Shown piece by piece: positions 10,818 through 18,308 of a DNA stretch of 64,000 nucleotides. The translations under genes and the position numbers were made by a program. The stretch lies in NCBI GenBank assembly GCA_965203175.1, contig OZ241867.1:192001-256000 (forward strand), read 5' to 3'. The notes below the pieces were generated by a model. The model saw only the letters and a program-made list of their open reading frames with translations. It had not been told where the DNA came from and ran no database searches. How positions within the stretch are numbered: the stretch's first letter is position 1; every line of letters starts with the position of its first letter. Source of the DNA: Candidatus Latescibacterota bacterium (lineage in GTDB: Bacteria; Latescibacterota; UBA2968; UBA8231).

Positions 10818-12494
10818 ATGGCTACTTGCTGGGCCGTGACGGTGATTGTCGGGCTGATGGCCGTCGATTCATGGGCTGTGAATTCAGCCGTGCTGGCCAG
10901 AGTCGGGAGCGAAGTCATTCTGGTAGATGACTTGCTCCGCGCCGGGCGCAATATGCGTCGTTTTGCAGCGGGAAATGCGCGGGAAATGCTACAGCCTTTT
11001 ATCGATCGCAAGCTTCTGGTCTTAGAGGCAAAGGCAAAGGGTTTGGATCAGCACCCCGACGTGGTCGCAATCGTGCAACAGGCGCGCGACCGGAGGCTGG
11101 TCGAGCGTCTGTACGGGGAAGTCACGGGAGATGTTTCTATATCAGAAGAGGAACTGCGATCGCATTTCCACCGGAGCGGATTGCACAAAAAACGAGAAGT
11201 GCGGGCGAGTCATATTCAGGTAGGCAGTCTCGAAGAAGCCCAAGCCGTGCAAGAGCAACTGTGGCAAGGTGCTGATTTTGCAGTACTGGCGCGTGAGCAG
11301 TCCCTCGATCGCACATCGGCGGCCAAAGGTGGAGACATGGGTTTCTGGCAGGAGGAGGAAGCACAGCACAGCGGGTTTGTCGCCGAGCTTTTTCACCTGC
11401 CGGTTGGCCAAGTGTCCGAACCGTACCGCAACTCGCAGGGAACCTACCACCTGATCAAGGCCGATGAAGAGCGCTACGTCAGTTTTGAGCGCCAAAAGAA
11501 GATGCTGCGCCAAACGCTGGAAAAGCAGCAAAAAAAAGATCGCTGGTCCAAATACTTAGCCGACCAAAAAACGCACTTTGGTTTTTCAGTAGATGCCCAG
11601 GTATTGGGCGTATTGTTGCAGCGGGGGCGATTAGCTGAAGGCGGTGTGCCCGTGCTAGAAGCAGGAGACCACGCGCGCATCCTGCTGAGCTATAGTGGAG
11701 GGAACATCGACCTGAACGCGTATATGGCTTTGGTAGAGGAGGCCGAACCCAAGCGCCGTCCCCACGCCATAGATAGCACTGCCGTGGTCGAATTTGCCCA
11801 AGACGAAGTACTGCGCAAAATCCTGCTGCCTCTACTGGCCCAACAACGGGGATTGGATCGCGAGGAAGCGGTGATTGAGTTCGTCCGAGATAAGCGCGAA
11901 GAGGCCCTAGTCGAGATGCTGCGGCGAACGGAAGTAGAAGAACACTTTGTCACAGAAGAACAACAGCGCGTTTTATATAGAGATTTGGCAGACGAATTCA
12001 CTCTGCCAATGCGCACGTTTTTTGCCGGTGCCTTGGTCAATTCGGAACCAGCTTCGCGCGCCATCGCCCAGCGCGTGCGCGCCGGCGAGGATATGGCTGA
12101 GATCATGTGCGAGTATCCGGCATTTAAAGGACGCGTGCGTCAGTTCGACATATTTAACTTCACGCTGGCTGACACGGCGACGGCCCAAGGCGCTATGGCC
12201 ACCATGATCCAAGCCGTGCGGGGTGTGCCGATTGGTGGCATCGAGGGTCCGCTCCCCATCCAGTTGAGCGGCGATATGAAGGGGTATCTCGTGCTCGAAG
12301 TACTGGCGATGCGTCCGGAAAAGACCCTCTCTTTTTCTACACCCAAGGTGCAGTCCAGAATATGGCGTCAATTGCGCTACGCCCATCGGCACGCGATTGA
12401 AGAAGACTTTGATAGCTATCTAGATGAGTTGAGGCATAAATATAGGACTGAGATAGTTGTCGATGAACAGGCCCTGTCTAATCTGGAAAAGTAG
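10818..12494 (+). CDS. Exported parvulin-type peptidyl-prolyl isomerase / chaperone (PpiC/PrsA/SurA-like)
   Basis: Signal peptide; VRASHIQV...GADFAVLAREQSLD..SAAKGGDMGF...VSEP...YHLIK rotamase domain; repeated helical chaperone segments and a second, degenerate parvulin-like domain. Confidence 0.85.
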   Translation: MATCWAVTVIVGLMAVDSWAVNSAVLARVGSEVILVDDLLRAGRNMRRFAAGNAREMLQPFIDRKLLVLEAKAKGLDQHPDVVAIVQQARDRRLVERLYGEVTGDVSISEEELRSHFHRSGLHKKREVRASHIQVGSLEEAQAVQEQLWQGADFAVLAREQSLDRTSAAKGGDMGFWQEEEAQHSGFVAELFHLPVGQVSEPYRNSQGTYHLIKADEERYVSFERQKKMLRQTLEKQQKKDRWSKYLADQKTHFGFSVDAQVLGVLLQRGRLAEGGVPVLEAGDHARILLSYSGGNIDLNAYMALVEEAEPKRRPHAIDSTAVVEFAQDEVLRKILLPLLAQQRGLDREEAVIEFVRDKREEALVEMLRRTEVEEHFVTEEQQRVLYRDLADEFTLPMRTFFAGALVNSEPASRAIAQRVRAGEDMAEIMCEYPAFKGRVRQFDIFNFTLADTATAQGAMATMIQAVRGVPIGGIEGPLPIQLSGDMKGYLVLEVLAMRPEKTLSFSTPKVQSRIWRQLRYAHRHAIEEDFDSYLDELRHKYRTEIVVDEQALSNLEK

Positions 12495-12636
12495 TGGCTC
12501 TGCGTTTCTACCCCTAGACGAGCCCAGATCTCTCTACTCTAAATGCGGAAGGAGGTGAATGGATACAGCGTTCGCAACTGCAACTGCAGGAGCAGAAAGA
12601 ACAATATCTCTAATTCCATCAGATAAGGAGAAAAAG

Positions 12637-13566
12637 ATGCGCAAAAACGCACTCATAGCAGCAATGTTGTCCGTGGCACTGGCTAGCTTCGCCTGGGGCC
12701 AGTCCAATGCCAACGGCATCGGTTACTTCGCCTTAGAGGTGCCTACTAATGTTACCATCACCATTGATGGCGACGATGGCGACTGGGCGTGGTTCGACCC
12801 CATTTTCACCGTTGGTCCCGACGAGATGTATGAAATCCAGAAGGCCGAAGTGCTGGACAAGAGCGATCTCGACGTGGCCATCATGACGGCGTGGACGGGC
12901 ACGGACCGCGACAACAGGCTCTACGGCTTTGTGCGCGCCACCGACGACACGCTAGTCGTCACCTCCGACGTCTTTGACGACGGCTGGCGCGACGATGATC
13001 TCGAGATCATCACTGACGCCAACGCCAGCGGCGGTCCACACGACGGCGACGGCGAGTCAGGCACGCGCGCTGAGGGGCAGCAGTTTACCATGCATTTGCC
13101 AGTCCCCGGCGTGTATGAAACGCCCTATGGCGGCGACGGCTCTTGGTGGTTGCGCTGGCAGGTGGTCGAGGAAATCCACTGGATGGATGAGTTTGCCGAG
13201 TCCAGAGTGACGACCAATCCTCCGGGAGCGACCACGGGTTCGACCAACGTCACGGTCAACTACGAGTACAGCATTCCCCTCTGGGATTACGCGTCGTTGG
13301 ACGGTGCGGATAACAGTATCCGCCACGAAAACGAGGCTGGGCAGATCATCCGCCTGACCTATCAGTTGAACGAAGCGGATAATCCCGAAGATCGCCGCAC
13401 CCACCAGCTAGCAACAACCGGTGAGGACGGCGCTTCGGGCAACTGCGATGTCTGCTCGGAGTACACGCTGCTCGGAGCCGACGAGTACGAACGCGCCGAC
13501 GGCGGCGCGGGCACCGCAGTGGAATCCAAGAGCTGGGCAAAAATCAAAGCGACCTTCAACGACTAA
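12637..13566 (+). CDS. Acidic secreted protein with a CBM9/DOMON-like fold and a C-terminal AVESKSWAKIK motif
   Basis: TAAGGAG RBS; signal peptide MRKNALIAAMLSVALASFAWG; ITIDGDDGDW, LYGFVRATDD, DDLEIITD and YEYSIP resemble CBM9-like/DOMON sugar-binding domains. Confidence 0.7.
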   Translation: MRKNALIAAMLSVALASFAWGQSNANGIGYFALEVPTNVTITIDGDDGDWAWFDPIFTVGPDEMYEIQKAEVLDKSDLDVAIMTAWTGTDRDNRLYGFVRATDDTLVVTSDVFDDGWRDDDLEIITDANASGGPHDGDGESGTRAEGQQFTMHLPVPGVYETPYGGDGSWWLRWQVVEEIHWMDEFAESRVTTNPPGATTGSTNVTVNYEYSIPLWDYASLDGADNSIRHENEAGQIIRLTYQLNEADNPEDRRTHQLATTGEDGASGNCDVCSEYTLLGADEYERADGGAGTAVESKSWAKIKATFND

Positions 13567-13586
13567 CCAAACGGTCCTTTGAACAC

Positions 13587-13618
13587 TATTGGGCGGCGGC
13601 ATCTGCCGCCGCCCAATA
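13587..13618 (+). terminator. Perfect GC-rich stem-loop without a U-tract (mRNA stabiliser or partial terminator)
   Basis: TATTGGGCGGCGGCA-TC-TGCCGCCGCCCAATA, a perfect 15-nt inverted repeat 20 nt after the stop of 12637..13566. Confidence 0.75.
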
Positions 13619-13651
13619 ACCGGCATTGCAATTACACTTCCCGAGGTTAAC

Positions 13652-14386
13652 ATGATGGTACGGTTCGGTGCGTGGCTGTGTTCCCTGGTGATGTTGGCAG
13701 GATGTGGACGTTATTTTGACGGGCCAATTCAGCCAGCTCCGCAGGGACAGCAAGAGGCCGATATGGTGATTAAAGACGATGGCTTGATCATCTATTCGTT
13801 CGAGCGTCTGGAGATCGGTCTGCGCCCTATGACCGACGCCGAATTGAACCGCAAATTCCCACAGCAGTCTACGCAAGGGGCCATATCGACCAATCCCTAT
13901 ACTTTCGGCAACTGGAAGCGCATGGGCGAAGAGTGGATGCCGCCCAAATACAGCATATGGCTGCTAAAAGTTAAAAATTACGCCTATCCTAAAGTCGGCG
14001 TCGATCCTCTCAGGATTGAGCTAATTTCAAAGGATGGATATCGCAAGTACGCGCCCCTAGAACCGCTGCAGATCCTAGAATACTACTATTCGTTTATTCA
14101 GGGATATGCCGGCAACGAATACCGGCGTTTTAACGAGCGCGAAGATATGCTCAAGCGCACTATGTTTCAGGAGCAGATCATCTTCAGCGGCCAAGAATCA
14201 GAGGGTTTTGTCGTTTTTCCGAGCCTCGCACCCGACGTGAAGGAGTTTTCTATCCACGTCAAGGGCATTGCATTGCGATACAATTACCGCGACGAGCCCG
14301 TGGAGACCAAGGATCTAACCTTTCACTTTCAGCGCGAGGTGTTTAAGGGGTTTAAGCCACCGCCCGAACTGGTGAATAAGCAATGA
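13652..14386 (+). CDS. Lipoprotein of unknown function
   Basis: Lipobox MLAG-C; C-terminal SGQESEGFVVFP beta-sandwich-like segment; ATGA overlap with the next gene. Confidence 0.75.
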   Translation: MMVRFGAWLCSLVMLAGCGRYFDGPIQPAPQGQQEADMVIKDDGLIIYSFERLEIGLRPMTDAELNRKFPQQSTQGAISTNPYTFGNWKRMGEEWMPPKYSIWLLKVKNYAYPKVGVDPLRIELISKDGYRKYAPLEPLQILEYYYSFIQGYAGNEYRRFNEREDMLKRTMFQEQIIFSGQESEGFVVFPSLAPDVKEFSIHVKGIALRYNYRDEPVETKDLTFHFQREVFKGFKPPPELVNKQ

Positions 14387-16290
14387 TGGCTTCCTTTCGG
14401 CGAACTGCTTCGGTCGGGCTGATCCTGTCGTTCTGTATTGGGACGGCGGAACTGCGAGCCGATGTCTGGGGGGTCGGCCTAGGTGGACAAGCCTGGGAGG
14501 AACCAGCGCAGACTATGGCGGGGGTAGTTGTAGGCGAAGGGCAAGCCCTGGGGCCGGCTAGCTTTTCGCTTGAGCAGAACATAACTCAGTTTATCGTCTG
14601 GGGAGTCGGCGCGCCCAGCAGTTTTATCGCCGAGGGCAACGGACAGGTGTGGAACAATTCGGCGCGGGGCATTGGGGGGTCTGAGGTCCTAGTGGACGGA
14701 GATGGCACGACCAGCACGGAAAATAGCTTTAAGGAAGTGGGGGTCAATCAGCGCGGACGCATTTTTTTTCTAGATCTCGGGGCTTCGTTTCCAGTTAGCC
14801 AGATTGTTTTTTACCCCCGCGAAGGAGAGGATGAATTCGTCGCCGGTTACGAGATATCACTCAATGACGGGCGCACTTTCGACGCCAATGACTCGCCCGT
14901 TTACGAGGCCGTTCGCCAAGTGACGATCAACCGCGATCCAAGAGTGGATGTGCGCTTCCCGACTCAATTGGTGCGCTTTATTCAACTCAGAGTGCTTTCA
15001 CCGAGCCCCTTTGAACTGGCAGAAATCGAAGTACACGGCGAAGGCTTTGTACCGCGTGGACTCTACGAAACACAGCTCATCCAGTTTGCACAGCCTGTCA
15101 ACTACGGTGCATTGACTTTTCGCGCGCACAGAGTTTCGCTGTCCGAGGAAGGCGAAAGCAGCGCGGGTGCCGACGAGCAAGTGCGGGTGATCGTGCAGAT
15201 GCGCAACGGCGTCGACGAAACGCCTCTCGACTACTACCAAATCGCCGACGTAGAGACCCGGTCGGAAGTGCTGATCAGCAAAGAGGAGTACGAAGAACTG
15301 CCGTTGGTCCTCAAGGGCAGCATTCGCCCGGATGCCACGCACTGGTCCTCTTGGACGGAGCCGCTCATCGCCGACTCTAGTGGCACGTATTCCATTCCGC
15401 TGGATCTGCCGGGGCCGCGCGATTTTTTCCAGGTGCGCCTGCGCTTTGAGGGCAATACCTCCGCCAGCATGCAGATCGATAGCCTAGCCATCGTGCACAC
15501 GCCGCCGTTGGCTGCGCTGGCATTGAGCGAAGTAGCCCTATTGGACGATCCCTTTCCGGCCGGTGGACGCGCGTCCGTTCCGGCCGGTCGGGATACGGTT
15601 TTCACCTACGACATAAAGGCCGACTTAGGCGAGGGAACGGGCTTTGACGGCGTGCGTATCTCGACGCTGATACAGCCCGAATTTCTCAAATTGGAAATGG
15701 GGCACGAGTTGGAGGAGATACAGCCGGATAGCGTGCACGTGGACGATACGGGTTTGCGCGTTTATTTCCCATCCCGGCGCATTAGCACAGGAGAAGATGT
15801 GCGTCTGCGGATTACGTTTCGCTCGCAGGCCCTACTTTTTTCCACCCAGTTTATAGGACAGCTTCTGGATACGACGGGCAGCCTTCCCCAGCGCATTGCC
15901 GAGGGCGACGCGACGCGGGAAGTAGGCACGGACTCGCAGGAGGTAATTTTCCTCGCCAGCGGCGAAAGCGTGCTGCAGTCCTTTGCCGTTTCTCCACCGG
16001 CGATAACGCCCAATGGCGATGGCATAAATGATTCGTCCGTCTTCTCTTTTGTGCTCATCCATTTGGTGCAGCCCGCCGCGGCGGAACTGCTCGTATACGA
16101 TCTTTCGGGTCGCTTAATAAAAAACGTGCTCTCCGATGCGCTGACCGCCGGGCGTTATACCCAGTGGCACTGGGACGGAACGAACAATGCCGGCGATCTG
16201 GTGCCACCAGGGACCTATATCGCCAGAGCCTCAATACAGGCAGCTGCCGACGAAGTCAACCGCATGCGCCTGATCTACGTGGCCTATTAA
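14383..16290 (+). CDS. Secreted discoidin-like protein with a C-terminal TPNGDG/FlgD-Ig domain (paralog 1)
   Basis: Signal peptide; LVDGD..T...FLDLG...LAEIEVHGEG (F5/8-like); ITPNGDGIND...YDLSGR...WDG...PPGTY...VAY. Confidence 0.75.
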   Translation: MMASFRRTASVGLILSFCIGTAELRADVWGVGLGGQAWEEPAQTMAGVVVGEGQALGPASFSLEQNITQFIVWGVGAPSSFIAEGNGQVWNNSARGIGGSEVLVDGDGTTSTENSFKEVGVNQRGRIFFLDLGASFPVSQIVFYPREGEDEFVAGYEISLNDGRTFDANDSPVYEAVRQVTINRDPRVDVRFPTQLVRFIQLRVLSPSPFELAEIEVHGEGFVPRGLYETQLIQFAQPVNYGALTFRAHRVSLSEEGESSAGADEQVRVIVQMRNGVDETPLDYYQIADVETRSEVLISKEEYEELPLVLKGSIRPDATHWSSWTEPLIADSSGTYSIPLDLPGPRDFFQVRLRFEGNTSASMQIDSLAIVHTPPLAALALSEVALLDDPFPAGGRASVPAGRDTVFTYDIKADLGEGTGFDGVRISTLIQPEFLKLEMGHELEEIQPDSVHVDDTGLRVYFPSRRISTGEDVRLRITFRSQALLFSTQFIGQLLDTTGSLPQRIAEGDATREVGTDSQEVIFLASGESVLQSFAVSPPAITPNGDGINDSSVFSFVLIHLVQPAAAELLVYDLSGRLIKNVLSDALTAGRYTQWHWDGTNNAGDLVPPGTYIARASIQAAADEVNRMRLIYVAY

Positions 16291-16317
16291 TGCCCATTTA
16301 AACGCGGAAAACTGAGT

Positions 16318-18267
16318 ATGACGTACAAAGTGGCGCTAGCTCTTTTGCTCTTGGCCCCTTGTTTTGCAAAGGCACAGGTAGAGCGATTCGTGCTAGGTAC
16401 AGGAGATAACGGCTGGGAAGAACTATCCGAGTTGATGGGCGGCATGTGGGTTGTGGACGGCGGTCTGCAGCCCTACGAATTGGATCCAGCGGTCAATATC
16501 GCGCTGGGCGAGAAGAAGGGCAGCTCGCGCGCCGACGTCTTCGGCAACCCTTGGGGGGGAGAACGGGGCGGGACGCAGAACGCACGTCTCATTCCCGGCC
16601 AGCCCGAGGTCCTCGGAGATAACGGCTTTGTATATACAATAGACGGTGACACGACCCGGTCAGTGGCCATTGTCTCCGGCTATTATTACTACAACCTAGG
16701 CTGGGAATTGCCCATCAATCGCATCCGCTTTTTTTCCCCGGCAGAAGGGCGCACCCAGACCGACGACCGCAAGCGGATCACACCGGGTTTACCGCTCAAA
16801 AACGCCTATCCCAAGCTTTATGAAGTTTGGGCTGCAATTGATGGAGAGCGCTTTAAGCGAGGGCAGTTTGACCTTTTACTAGAGCAGAATCTCAACCAAA
16901 CCACGCGCATCGCCAATGCTCGTTTTCCCACTCAGCCCCTGCAGTTCATTTTCATAAGCTTCCCGGAATTGGGCGTCATTGCCGAGGTGGAGTTTTACGG
17001 CGAGGGTTTTGTGCAAAAATCTCAATACCTCTCCAAGGTGATCGACATCGGCGAGCCGGTCAATTTCGGGCGGGTCATGCCCTATTTCAACGGGTTTGTC
17101 AAAGAGAGCATAGACAGCGAACCCGAACTTTTGGCAGAAAGCCCCATCTCCTTTTCGCTGGAAACGCAGACCGGTCGGGACGATACGCCGCAGGTCTACA
17201 GCATCTACACCGAACTGAGAACCGAACGCGAAGTGAGTTTTGCCGAATGGGATAAAGCGCCGTACGATGATTACGTGCGTCCTGGAGCTCAGGGGCCGGA
17301 GCGGCCCGACGTGGACAACTGGAGCTTCTGGTCGGTGCCACAAGAAGCGTCTGCGGGCGAAGGCATAGAGATCCTTTCGCCGGATAATCGGCAGTATCTC
17401 AAAATCAACTTCACGATGGCAAGCGAGGATTTGTTCACCTATGGCCGGATGGATTCGCTGGTCGTAGAATACTCGCCTCTGCTGGTCGATGCGGTCGTCG
17501 GGGAGGTCGCATTACAGGACGAACCACAACCGCTCGGGCGCAAGACGGAAGTACCCTTGGGCGAGGAGCGCATCTTCACTTTTGACGTGCGGGCCGACTT
17601 TGAATCGGAGACCAAGTCGGGTTTTGACGCCTTAAGGCTGCAAACCCCGGGCCGCGTCCAGTTTATAGGACTGGAAATGGGCGACCCCTTAGTCGCTGTG
17701 GAACCCGACAGCACCGCGGAAAAACGGGGCGAACTGATCGTCTATTTTCCGTCCAACCGCATCACAGCTACAGACAACAGGCCGCTGCGGCTGCTGTTCA
17801 AAACGGGTGTCTTCAGTTTTAACGCCCTATTTCAGGGCGAGATATTTGTCGTGGGGGGAGGAGGACAGCCCCAATCTATCGATCCGGGAGATGCCAACGC
17901 GGAGGTATCGACCAATTCCATCGAGGTGCTGGCACTGAGCGAGGAGTTAGATGTGCTGAGCGCATTGGACGTGGGATCAACCGTAGTGACGCCGAATGGC
18001 GACGGACTCAATGACACGTTTGAACTGGCCTATTCACTGCTGGGCGTGCAGGCGAGCCAAGTGGTCTTTGAAATCTACGATTTGCGCGGACGCAAAGTGC
18101 GAACGATATCGACCGTTTCTAGGAGTGAAGGGCGTTATGTCGAAGAGTGGGATGGACGGGGAGAGGGGATGGGGCGCGTGGCTCCGGGCCTATACCTCGC
18201 CCGACTTTCCGTCGAAACGGATGCAGGTGACTTCACGAGTACGCGCACCATTGCGGTGGCCTACTAA
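16318..18267 (+). CDS. Secreted discoidin-like protein with a C-terminal TPNGDG/FlgD-Ig domain (paralog 2)
   Basis: Signal peptide (AKA); TIDGD...IAEVEFYGEG; VTPNGDGLND...YDLRGR...WDG...APGLY...VAY; collinear with paralog 1. Confidence 0.75.
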   Translation: MTYKVALALLLLAPCFAKAQVERFVLGTGDNGWEELSELMGGMWVVDGGLQPYELDPAVNIALGEKKGSSRADVFGNPWGGERGGTQNARLIPGQPEVLGDNGFVYTIDGDTTRSVAIVSGYYYYNLGWELPINRIRFFSPAEGRTQTDDRKRITPGLPLKNAYPKLYEVWAAIDGERFKRGQFDLLLEQNLNQTTRIANARFPTQPLQFIFISFPELGVIAEVEFYGEGFVQKSQYLSKVIDIGEPVNFGRVMPYFNGFVKESIDSEPELLAESPISFSLETQTGRDDTPQVYSIYTELRTEREVSFAEWDKAPYDDYVRPGAQGPERPDVDNWSFWSVPQEASAGEGIEILSPDNRQYLKINFTMASEDLFTYGRMDSLVVEYSPLLVDAVVGEVALQDEPQPLGRKTEVPLGEERIFTFDVRADFESETKSGFDALRLQTPGRVQFIGLEMGDPLVAVEPDSTAEKRGELIVYFPSNRITATDNRPLRLLFKTGVFSFNALFQGEIFVVGGGGQPQSIDPGDANAEVSTNSIEVLALSEELDVLSALDVGSTVVTPNGDGLNDTFELAYSLLGVQASQVVFEIYDLRGRKVRTISTVSRSEGRYVEEWDGRGEGMGRVAPGLYLARLSVETDAGDFTSTRTIAVAY

Positions 18268-18308
18268 ACAGGTTGCGTATAAGCGCTAAACTCTGTCGAG
18301 GATGTACC

